A DNA stretch of 64,000 bases from Thermodesulfovibrionales bacterium (GTDB taxonomy: Bacteria; Nitrospirota; Thermodesulfovibrionia; Thermodesulfovibrionales; SM23-35). Shown in pieces: positions 10,261 to 19,786 of the stretch. The stretch spans positions 128,001 to 192,000 of the forward strand of contig CAVQRT010000003.1 in NCBI GenBank assembly GCA_963715195.1, written 5' to 3'. The notes under the pieces were generated by a model. It saw nothing but the letters and a program-made list of their open reading frames with translations. It was not told where the DNA came from and did no database searches. Each line of letters starts with the position of its first letter. The stretch's first letter is position 1. The translations under genes and the position numbers were made by a program.

Positions 10261-11514
10261 TTAAAAATAGACCTGCAGCCCTAATCCTATGTATTGAGAC
10301 TTAAAGATATTATTTGAACCGGCAAATCTGTTTCGATATGAAATGGAGCCAGTGAGGGGAACCGGGAATTTTTTTGCCATATAGAGCGGCAATGTCGAAT
10401 AGGATAATGTGCCGATAAAAACGTGTTCTGTATAATCAGTTTCATCTTCCAGTGATTTGTATGCATATCCTTTATTACCTGAAACATCATCTTTCAAGGC
10501 AAATCCGTATTTATAATTTAAAGTCGCATCAAATCCAGGTGTTATGGTGTATTTCCCTGACACATCAATTTCAATAACATCACCGATGTCCCTATCAACT
10601 TTCTCCTTGTTAGCAGTAATTGGCAGGTCTACATCATCGGGGATTCTTAATTTTTCATGATCAGGCAATATCAAATCATATCTGAATGTTGCGTTGAGCA
10701 CCAAATTCTTTATGCCGGTGTAATCATTGTTTAAACGGAAAAGCAGTGCATAGGCACCAGTTCCTATTGGATAGGCAGTTAAATCATCAGGATCGTCTAT
10801 CTCACCGCTTGGAAACCTCACCCCTCCGGTAAAAGCAAGCCTCCAGTTGTCCGTCTTCAAATATTGATATCTGGCTCCCAATTCAATATCACCTATACCG
10901 TTATTCTTAAAAGTTCCGAACTCCTTATATCCGAAACCGGGAACGTCAATAGTCCCATCCCCATTGATATCAAGGCCCTTAGCTAAAAGAGCTATGACAT
11001 CCTTTTTCGTCAGGGGAACTGTTCCCGGACAGCGAGGGGGACAAGGTTATTTAAAGCAGCATTTTTACCGAACGGTTGCAGCAGAGGTATCCAGACTCGA
11101 TTTCACCTCATTCTTCACCCACCAATACGGCAGTAAAATTCCCACCGAGAGCTTGTCAGTTACACCGTACATGAAGGTCATTTCCGTTATTGTGAAGTAA
11201 TAATCAAACGAAACATCAGTTCTCCCAAGATTTGCGGATCCCGGCGGCATGCCGAAAAAATCTTCTATAAGGCTTAAATCAGTAAAGACGGTGCTATCCA
11301 AAGTGGTATTGTAATCTGTTGCTACGTCCTCGGTATCGCCATCAGGGTCATAACGCTCATTGATCTTGAAATAAAACTTGCCGTCGAGGCTGATATTTGC
11401 CACCCCCTTAGGCAACACTTCAGCGCTGTCGGCATAACAAATAGCAGCGATTGCCAAAAAGATGAGACAGATTAAGAAGCTACTTCCATACATCATGCGT
11501 CCTCGCCTTTTCAT
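10261..11514 (-). CDS. Outer-membrane beta-barrel ('transporter'-like) protein; frameshifted near 10950-11070
   Basis: Signal peptide, AEVLPKGV, YGVTDKLSVG, GIGDIELGARYQ, alternating beta pattern, C-terminal GLQVYF; DINGDGTID loop. Confidence 0.7.
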
Positions 11515-11565
11515 GGTTTTCCCCCTTTTTTGAATTCTCATTGACCATTATATAACATCATGTGC

Positions 11566-13161
11566 CTATTTCAAGAAATATTTACGAACAAGTTCATTCC
11601 ACACAATCATACCGATCACCAGTAAAGAAATAATATAAATAAACCAATCGCCGTATCTGTTGTAAAAGGACCTTTCCGAAGTCAACGGAATTTGCCCCAC
11701 CAGGTATCCCTCGACATCGACGTCTCTTCCCGCTTCGTCCTTGACCCTGCCCACAATCCGCCCGTTCGGTTCGATAATACATGAGACACCGGTCGAAGCA
11801 GTCCTCGCAATAGCCACATGATTTTCGACAGCCCGAAGAACGCTCATCGCTGTCATTTGATAATGTGCTGCCGGAACACGTGTAAAACCTTCATTCGTCA
11901 TGTTGACCATAAAGTCAACCCCTTTTGAAGACATCTCCCGGAATTGATCAGGAAACATATATTCCCAGCAGATGAGGACCCCGAATGTTGTTCCGTTCAT
12001 GTTGAAAATGGTTAATTCATTGCCCGGTTCATGGTCCGTAATATCCGAGATAATCCATGAGGGCCACTTTAGATACTCTCGCATAGGCAGGTATTCATCA
12101 AAGGGAAGGAGGCGTATTTTATCATACCTTCCTATATTTCTCCCTTCCGGTGAGAAAAGAAAGGCAGAATTCGCAACTCTTTTTTTCTTTCTCTTATCCC
12201 TGCTGAACTTATCAAAGCCGCTCGACCCGATTAGAAGGAAATTGCCTGTTTGTTGCGCCAATTCAGAAAGCATTTTGAATCGTTGCCAGTCGTAGGGAAT
12301 CCTTCCGGGCACCGACGAAGAAGGCCACAAGATAAGGTCGGGTTTCGACTCCGCCGCACGCAGCGTTTGATCGGAGTATTTCTGAAAAATCCCCTCCCTG
12401 TACGTAGCATCAAACTTATATTTATCAGTCCAGTACCGGTCGTCCCAGTAAACGTTCCCCTGTACCAGAGCACCTTTCAGAGAAGGAAAACGTTTAGCGT
12501 CCCGCCAAGACAAAGACCCGGAGAAGACAGATAATGCGAATACGGCCAAAACAGCAGCAGCAAGCAGGAATAAGGATCTTCTCAAACTTATTGTCCCAAG
12601 TATTCCCTGAGGAATACTCAAACGAGAAGAAAGAATCGATTCGGTAATTTCTGCGATAACAGTATTCACCGCAACGATCAGAAACGAAACACCGTAAACC
12701 CCCGTGAAAGCGGCAACCTGGATAACAGGAATGACAGAATACTGCGAATATCCCAAAATCCCCCAGGGCCATGATAAAAAACCCACGTGGCTTCGTAAAA
12801 ACTCAAGAGCAACCCATACTGATGGAAAAGTAAGGACATTCCACTTTGGATACTTGTTGTGAAAATAGTGCGCTAAATATCCGAACAAGCCAAAGTATAA
12901 TGCAACACCCACTAATGTAATGCTGAAATGGAGCAGATTGAAAGACTCTATTTTCAGCACCCACCACTGGAGACCGAAATTGAACACGAGACTTGCAGCC
13001 ATTGATGACAGGCATGCCCCGAGAGGGCCTGCTTGCCTGATAACAATAAGAAGGGGCACAAGGGCTATCCAGGCTAAATAGTGCATCTCGAAACCCGGGA
13101 AGATCAATATGAGAAAAGTTGCAGAGAGGAATACTGAACTTATAATGAAAAGGACTCTCAC
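11566..13161 (-). CDS. lnt: Apolipoprotein N-acyltransferase (Lnt)-like protein with the catalytic Glu replaced
   Basis: WIALVPL, WVALEFLRS, LGYSQ, GVYGVSF, VQGN, WPSS (normally WPES), YDKIRLLPFDEY, ICWE, RAVEN, YNRYGDW. Confidence 0.85.
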   Translation of the reverse strand: MRVLFIISSVFLSATFLILIFPGFEMHYLAWIALVPLLIVIRQAGPLGACLSSMAASLVFNFGLQWWVLKIESFNLLHFSITLVGVALYFGLFGYLAHYFHNKYPKWNVLTFPSVWVALEFLRSHVGFLSWPWGILGYSQYSVIPVIQVAAFTGVYGVSFLIVAVNTVIAEITESILSSRLSIPQGILGTISLRRSLFLLAAAVLAVFALSVFSGSLSWRDAKRFPSLKGALVQGNVYWDDRYWTDKYKFDATYREGIFQKYSDQTLRAAESKPDLILWPSSSVPGRIPYDWQRFKMLSELAQQTGNFLLIGSSGFDKFSRDKRKKKRVANSAFLFSPEGRNIGRYDKIRLLPFDEYLPMREYLKWPSWIISDITDHEPGNELTIFNMNGTTFGVLICWEYMFPDQFREMSSKGVDFMVNMTNEGFTRVPAAHYQMTAMSVLRAVENHVAIARTASTGVSCIIEPNGRIVGRVKDEAGRDVDVEGYLVGQIPLTSERSFYNRYGDWFIYIISLLVIGMIVWNELVRKYFLK

Positions 13162-13193
13162 GATATGATCATACTTTATTAATCTGTATCATG

Positions 13194-13221
13194 TAAAATG
13201 CCCCGTAAACGGGGCATTTTA
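13194..13221. terminator. Bidirectional-looking hairpin terminator
   Basis: TAAAATGCCCCG-TAAA-CGGGGCATTTTA perfect 12-bp stem. Confidence 0.75.
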
Positions 13222-13258
13222 CCATAACCATATTCGGATTTAGTCAGACCGAATGTAT

Positions 13259-13749
13259 CTATTTCACAGCAAGCTCAACATCAAATACAGCGTAAAAGGC
13301 AGGAGGGAAGTGACAACATCTACCTGAGCAAATTGCTTTGCAGATTTCAAGGAAACTGTCAGATCGGTATCACCTCCAAAAAATGCATCTATAACCTGTG
13401 GTGCCATTGCTTCAGTAATTTCCGCCTGGTTCAACGCAATATCGTTAATAAGAACTCCTTCTGCCGTGCCATAGAGAAGTACTGGGTCACCGCTTCCCTT
13501 CTGTAATCTCAACACGATCTTTGCATCAGCAATGCTATTAAGAGGATTACCTCCAGGTATCTCGACGTTGTAATATTCTATACAGATAACCCCGTTCAGT
13601 TTTGTCCCGGCTGCATCGGACTGATATGCCATCCCGTGTGGGGGATCACCAGTGTCTGCCTGCTGAGGTGCCCCTGAGCCTCCATATGCCAGTGAGCACG
13701 TAAAGGCTATTACCAAAAGGACCATTCCTATGTTCTTTAGCTGTTTCAT
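13259..13749 (-). CDS. Exported hypothetical protein (probable C-terminal frameshift)
   Basis: GGAG RBS, signal MKQLKNIGMVLLVIAFTCSLAYG; alternative frame ends FPPAFYAVFDVELAVK*. Confidence 0.65.
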
Positions 13750-13889
13750 TTCCTTACTCCTTTCTTCTTGTATTTTTCCTCGATTGAGGGAAGATCTTCT
13801 CTCCCTCAATCACTGTCTCTAAATTCTTTACATGAATGATCCTGTAACCACCTCCTCTTTGCTGTATTCATACCCCATCTCTTTCTCTG

Positions 13890-14768
13890 CTACTGCAGCG
13901 TCACATCTGCCCGGTCAGCCGATGTATAACCCGTCCCGATATACCATGTGACCTTTCCGCCCTTGTTTGTGTATTTGATTGATTGATCAAGGATGACCCC
14001 TGTGCCGCTCTTGTAGTGATAGCCTCCGAACCGGCTGTTATAAGACGAGGTCAGCTGCATCAAATGCCCCGCCTCGTGTGCTATCGTGTGATTGATGTAT
14101 TTGGCATAAAGTTCAGGACGCTCAACTCCTGTGCTGTCCTGACACTGGCTTGCGCCAGTACACACGTCGTCAATGAAATTTATGATCCGCTGCGTGTAAA
14201 TGGTTGAGTAGTCCAAACCGTTCGGTGTCCCATAGTTGGCAAAGCCAAGGACATCCAAATTCGAAACATCCAGACTCTCCGTAATCATGATCGCCTTCTG
14301 CTGCGATGCCGATGTGACTCTCCTGTCAGCATCTGCTTGACCCGGATCAAGTTGGTGAGCAGCAATTCCAAGACCCCCGTCTGCCGCGGTCTTGGTGATG
14401 TATGCCAGGGGATCTGCGGTCATGTTGCTTGGCGCCTCTGGAACAAAAACCACAAACAGGTCCTTCGAATCTGGATCCATACGGTCTGGTCTATTCAATC
14501 CACTATTGGCCCCAGGGAAATGACTCATGTCAGAAAATCCCTCACACTCCAGTTGGTCCGAAAACCCGTCTCCATCAGCATCCTCTAACGGACTAGGACC
14601 TGCAGTGCAGTCCACCAGTGCGTAGGCAGGCACGCTGGAAAGACACAAAGCCAAAGCAAGGACGAGTATAATCATCAGCCAGGAATACTTCCATAAACTG
14701 AAAAAATTTCTCATACCTAAGCTATAGACAACTCGCTTTTCTGTTCTGTAACCATTCTTCTTAAACAT
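13890..14768 (-). CDS. Exported putative zinc metallopeptidase with an acidic Ca-binding loop
   Basis: Signal peptide ending AYA; DADGDGFSD; TIAHEAGH (HExxH). Confidence 0.7.
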   Translation of the reverse strand: MFKKNGYRTEKRVVYSLGMRNFFSLWKYSWLMIILVLALALCLSSVPAYALVDCTAGPSPLEDADGDGFSDQLECEGFSDMSHFPGANSGLNRPDRMDPDSKDLFVVFVPEAPSNMTADPLAYITKTAADGGLGIAAHQLDPGQADADRRVTSASQQKAIMITESLDVSNLDVLGFANYGTPNGLDYSTIYTQRIINFIDDVCTGASQCQDSTGVERPELYAKYINHTIAHEAGHLMQLTSSYNSRFGGYHYKSGTGVILDQSIKYTNKGGKVTWYIGTGYTSADRADVTLQ

Positions 14769-14842
14769 TTTTCCTCTCCTTATCTATATGATTACTGTTC
14801 AATCAAGTCTCTCCTTGGAATTTCTCCATTCTTCCTTTTTCC

Positions 14843-16926
14843 TTATTTCTTATGAATTACGATCGACCCACCGCCGAGAGCAGTAGTGGGTTCAGCCGAT
14901 TCATCAGCGCCGATCATATTGTCGTAAACGATCGTGTCAGCATTATTTTTATCCCAAATCTTGATTCTGAACTTATCAGTCCTCCGCCTCCGTTGATCTG
15001 GCCGTCAATCGCCGTAATCATAAACCCGTAGTTGCCTGAGCCATTAATCGTTCCAGTGCCTTTATACTTTGCCCTTGCGCCGGCAATCACAAGCCAATCA
15101 TAAGAAGAAGAGTGGAAAGTCAGATCCGCAACCTTGAACTGGAACTGAGTTTCGCCAGTTGGAGCGGTAGCACCTTTCTTATATTTGGATACGAATCCAA
15201 AGGTCGCTTTGCCAGTAAGACTTGGATCGGCTGCATAAGCTCCGAGAGGTGAATCGATCCAGCCCCCGCCAGTCACAAAACCACTACTGGCATCATACGT
15301 CACCACGTATTGATAAGTGGCCTCACCGCTTCCTCCCCGGTTATCCTGAACTTTCAGCTTAAGCGTATATACTCCAGGGACACTATATGTATGAGTGCCT
15401 CTGGCCACGCCAGTGCCAGCTCCCTCATTAACTATCCCCTCGCTGTCTGAACTATCTCCCCAGTCCCATGTCGCGATGTGCGTATCAGCAGTATCACCGT
15501 CGGTAAAGTTCGCGCTGACCGATACGGCTAAATTCGACGCAACCGGTTCCGACGGAGCAGTGATATCACCAACTACCGGATTATTGTTTTCGGTAGGAAT
15601 TATTGTGATAATAGTTTCTGGAGAACTGATTGCCCCCACCCACAGGTACGCACATGGATCCTGCAGTGGTGTGCACATTCCGCCCACAATGTCAGGATCC
15701 GTAATATAGTTCGAGTAGGTTGCCGTAATACCATATTGACCCCCGATGAGCACCTGCGAATCGTACATTTCATCAAGATAACAGCCAGTCACCTTGTAAC
15801 ATTGTTCCGCGTCTAGGGTCATAACGTCTGTCGGTATTCCATAGGCTCGCCATACCCTGTCCTTTGGAGGTAGGATATAACGTAAACCATTCAATATATA
15901 CTCAGCTGAGAAAGTCGTATTGTAGCATTCAGGCGTAATAATATCGATTGCTAAGCCACTATCATTGCAGAACTGCGCTTCAACCAATATCTGACTTCCT
16001 TCATTTATGGGTCCCGTCGGCACCGCAATAGTCTCTGTCTTACCATCACAAGCATCTCCAAGGCCATCTCTATCCTGATCTCCTTGATCTGGATTAGGGG
16101 CAGTCGGGCAATTGTCGCAGGCATCTCCTATTCCATCTAAATCTTCGTCTTTTTGATCAGGATTGTAAATTGATACACAGTTATCAACATCATTACAGAC
16201 TCCATCGACATCCGCATCAGGACAGATTCCTGCAATTTTGGATGAAAGGACCGACCCTATTGCACTTCTCTGAGGTGTTTTCGTCAGGAGGACCAAAACC
16301 TCCGCAGGTTGCATCCCGAGAGGGGTATCCGCCGCAAACTCTATAGCAAAAGACGGCAAGGCAGAATATGGACTTTCAATACCTACAAGAGCACCCGGCG
16401 AGAAATAAAAAGTATCCATTTGCGATATCCAGTTCCATTGCACATATGCCTGAGTACCGTCATCAACATAGACTATTTCCCATGCACTATTACTGCAATA
16501 ATAGGTACCGGGTCCATTAATGCCCTTCGTGTAAGCAGTCCCTCCCGTTGGAACATAAAAAGGTGGCACTGCAGATGTATTAAAAAACCCGACCGGTTCG
16601 TATATCCCGATAACTTGACTGCCAGGCTCAATACAATTCTAAAAGACTTTATCCCATAAGCTGAAGTATTCCACATGTCATACTGAATACGTTTAACTCG
16701 GTATAGGCGATTGTGGACAAAAAGAGAGCAATTTTCATCGAGGTATCCCGTCAAATTAGGAGAGTCACTCACATAACCAACTTCAACAGTACCTAAGTCC
16801 CCTTTGAAAGTTGTTTCCGTGCCTCTCAGCGCACTAGCAGTATTTGCCAACAGTAAAAGAGAGATCACACTACAAAAAACAAAAACGAAATTTTTCAACT
16901 TCATGCATCTGTTCATTTTTACTCAT
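14843..16926 (-). CDS. Secreted thrombospondin type-3 repeat / PKD domain protein; frameshifted
   Basis: AGGAGGT RBS and signal ...TASA; DNCxxxxNPDQxDxDxDGxGDACD repeats; PKD WDWGD...[10 protein letters not shown]-terminal GGGWIDSP...[11 protein letters not shown]...[10 protein letters not shown]. Confidence 0.8.
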
Positions 16927-17515
16927 ACCTCCTTTTCGTGGTGTTATGTCAATTGATTAAAGTTTCCAACTAAGAATCGATTTTCATATTAACGCCCTCC
17001 TGACAGCCTCCCCCTTAAATTTTTTCGTACAAAAAAATATCACTTCCCGACTCTATATATTCCAGACCAACAAACTCCCCCCTATTTTTTATAAACCTGC
17101 TACTGTCAGTTCTCTCTTTTACTTTCGGGGATTAATGGTAGAAATAAGTTTATCTATAAATAATACGGAAATACCACAATATTTCAATTATCTAATAGGC
17201 TTAATTATAAATATCTTTAGTTCTAATTAATCCTAAAACTTTAGTTTTATATCGTTTCTTTAGTTCACAATAACAATTGGTTGCTGACAGAGAAAAGTCT
17301 CTTTGCCTTTTGAATGATGCTCACCGTTTTAAGATTATCGTCCGCAGAAAAAACAAATTTATAAAATATTTTGTATTTTATCATAAATAATTCATCACCG
17401 CAATGGAAATATTGCTTTTTTTCTTGGTAATATTGCTCTTTAGAAAAAAAACTTTGAAGGTGGCAGGGAACAAAATGAACTACCCACCAGCAAGCAAGCT
17501 ACGATGTGTGAAAAA

Positions 17516-17669
17516 TGTCATTCCGGCTTGTTTGCCCGCCGTCTTTTTGGAGGGGCCGGAATCTTTCCTCAAACACACACCCCTTTATCCCCTCTTGATA
17601 GAGGGGACCCCGGAAGGATTCTCGCCTCAGGCGAGTCGCCGAGGAGACACGCCAAGCGGGAATGACAGA
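17516..17669. repeat. ~150-bp composite palindromic element, copy 1
   Basis: TGTCATTCCGGCTTG...GCGGGAATGACA with nested CCCCTCTTGATAGAGGGG; near-identical to 18450-18602. Confidence 0.85.
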
Positions 17670-17716
17670 CAAGCGGGGATATTTACTCCGATGAAGGGCA
17701 TCGAGGAATTCTATTC

Positions 17717-18130
17717 TTAAACCGGCCATATTTTAAATGATGTCTTGCCGTGAATACGATATGCACCAAAACCTTTCCGATCAAGAGTGCATATTTCACT
17801 GATGTCCATTTCCTCAGCAAGGGTCACGAGGGTAGCATCAGCAAAATCCATTGGAATATCTGCATACTTTTCCATGAGGGCAGATGCCCGGGATAAGCTC
17901 TCCACTGATTGAGGGATGAGAGTTGCACCACCCCTCACGATAAAGTCAATGCATGATATCTGAGCTTTCACCGAAGAACCAAGCAGATAAATGGTCTCTG
18001 TAAGTACCGGTTCAGTGGTGAAGAGATTACCCTTGAACTCTTTGAAAAATCCTATGCACCGCTCATGGTTTCTCTCGCTTTTGTCCAGCAAAGCCACAAA
18101 TACGCCGGTATCAAGCAGCACGCTACGCAC
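17717..18130 (-). CDS. vapC: PIN-domain toxin (VapC family)
   Basis: LLDTGVFVA, VLTET, MDFADA, TLDRKGF acidic tetrad. Confidence 0.9.
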   Translation of the reverse strand: MRSVLLDTGVFVALLDKSERNHERCIGFFKEFKGNLFTTEPVLTETIYLLGSSVKAQISCIDFIVRGGATLIPQSVESLSRASALMEKYADIPMDFADATLVTLAEEMDISEICTLDRKGFGAYRIHGKTSFKIWPV

Positions 18131-18380
18131 GACGTTTAAATCTTTTCAAAAGGTGCTCCCTGTGTGACTCACCGAGGTCAGGGATGCCGCTCGTAACACT
18201 TCCAAGAAGGCTCTTCACTTTTTCATAGGGACTGCTCTCTTCTTTCTCCCCGGCTTGTTTGACGAAACTTTCCAATGCCATTCGTACAATATCCGCCCGC
18301 TTCAGGTGAAGCTTTTTGGCAAGCAATAATATATCTTTTTCAAGACTATCAGGTAATCTGACCGTCAGTTGAGAGTTCAT
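18123..18380 (-). CDS. Ribbon-helix-helix (CopG-like) antitoxin
   Basis: QLTVRLPD...KRADIVRMAL; GIPDLG tail; overlaps the toxin start. Confidence 0.85.
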   Translation of the reverse strand: MNSQLTVRLPDSLEKDILLLAKKLHLKRADIVRMALESFVKQAGEKEESSPYEKVKSLLGSVTSGIPDLGESHREHLLKRFKRRA

Positions 18381-18436
18381 TGCATTACCTCCTCATTAAT
18401 ATACTTCATTGTAATGCATTGCAGTGCGTTAGTCAA
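18378..18436 (-). promoter_or_regulatory. Sigma70 promoter with inverted-repeat operator for the TA operon
   Basis: TTGACT-17-TACAAT; inverted pair CATTGCATTAC (18378-88) / GTAATGCATTG (18411-21). Confidence 0.65.
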
Positions 18437-18449
18437 CTCTTCTTAAATA

Positions 18450-18602
18450 TGTCATTCCGGCTTGCTTGCCCGCCGTCTTTTTGGAGGGGCCGGAATCTTT
18501 TCTCAAAGACACACCCCTTTATCCCCTCTTGATAGAGGGGACCCGGAAGGATTCTCGCTTCAGACGAGTCGCCGAGGAGACACGCCAAGCGGGAATGACA
18601 GA
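18450..18602. repeat. ~150-bp composite palindromic element, copy 2
   Basis: Direct repeat of 17516-17669. Confidence 0.85.
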
Positions 18603-18713
18603 ATACGCTGGTAGGAGGTCAAGTGTTTTTCTTGGAGACGGAGATCGATGATCTTTTCCCTACGGCCTTCATCCTGAAATCATATCGTATATCAATCGTA
18701 TTCATACCCCACC

Positions 18714-19574
18714 CTACTGCAAATCCAGAAGGGATACATGCATGAAAACTCCTTCAGTCGCGTGCATGAGATCGGAACAGCTCCTCGCATTTTCTATAGC
18801 GATAGAGGCATAAATGGAAAGGGAACGCAGCATCTTTAGGTCTTCCAGGGTAAATAACTTCTGTGAGCTGTAGCTCATATTGATCACGCCAAAAACCGAA
18901 CTTTTCCACCTGAGCGGGACACACAGCAGAGAGGTAATGCCCGCATGCCCTTTCTTAAAGCGCGGGTCAGAAAGGACATTGTTCACCAGTTCAGCCTTGC
19001 CGGTATTGATCACATCTCCTGCGATGCCTACACCGATAGGTAAATCCTCCTTGGGATCCCATACGGTACCGAAAGCAGCCTTGATCAGCAGGGATTTTTT
19101 ATCCTCATCAACAAGCATTATAGAGCCGTTTTCAGCAGTGATAATATTCCGGGCCTCTTCGATGACAAAATTGCAGGTTTCCTCAACATCGATGCACAAT
19201 CCCAGGCGCTTTCTCTTTACCTGCGCAAATTCCTCATCAAGCCTCCGTATTCTCGAGCTCATCGATTCGATAAGCCGCAATACCAGCGTCGGGTCGCGAT
19301 CGATTGTCTGAAAAAGTTTTTGCTTGTCAATGCCCAGTATCCTTGTATCACCGACTGCAGTGGCGGTTGCAGACCGGGGCAGCCGGTCAAAAAGAGCCAT
19401 CTCTCCAAAAATCTCCCCTTGTTCGATGATCGCAATCGGAACTTCTCCTGCGGGCGACTTTTTCGTTATGCTTACGCTGCCGGATTGGACAACATACATG
19501 CGGTCACCCTCTTCTCCCTCCTGAAATATTACGTCTCCGTCTGAATAAACCCTGCCGAGTTCACTTTCTTTCAT
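18714..19574 (-). CDS. cNMP-binding + GAF domain protein with no output domain
   Basis: IFQEGEEGDRMYVV, FGEMALFDRLPRSATA; GAF GIAGDV...DPRF...LLCVPL...IAIENA; start after GGAGG. Confidence 0.85.
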   Translation of the reverse strand: MKESELGRVYSDGDVIFQEGEEGDRMYVVQSGSVSITKKSPAGEVPIAIIEQGEIFGEMALFDRLPRSATATAVGDTRILGIDKQKLFQTIDRDPTLVLRLIESMSSRIRRLDEEFAQVKRKRLGLCIDVEETCNFVIEEARNIITAENGSIMLVDEDKKSLLIKAAFGTVWDPKEDLPIGVGIAGDVINTGKAELVNNVLSDPRFKKGHAGITSLLCVPLRWKSSVFGVINMSYSSQKLFTLEDLKMLRSLSIYASIAIENARSCSDLMHATEGVFMHVSLLDLQ

Positions 19575-19620
19575 AAGACCTCCACCGCTAGGATATCTGT
19601 CTCTACATCTAAAATCATCC

Positions 19621-19708
19621 GTCATTGTCCGGCTTGACCGGCCAATCCAGAACCTATGAATCCCGAAAGAATCCGAAAATGGATTCCCCGATCAAGTCGG
19701 GGAATGAC
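19621..19708. repeat. GTCATT...AATGAC REP/MITE-like palindrome doublet
   Basis: GTCATTGTCCGGCTTGACCGGCCAATCC...GGATTCCCCGATCAAGTCGGGGAATGAC. Confidence 0.8.
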
Positions 19709-19786
19709 TGACTATTGTAACTTCAATGTATATATGGACTCAAACTATTCCCAGCTTGCGTTATTCATGCATAAAATCTGATATGG

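Noticed and set aside
16930..17460. AT-rich stretch as a replication origin or att site
   Set aside because: No DnaA-box cluster, tRNA or integrase nearby; more likely a promoter region of acquired DNA.
17403..18651. ORFs 17403-17720, 17499-17729 and 18466-18651
   Set aside because: They are translations of the palindromic repeat elements.
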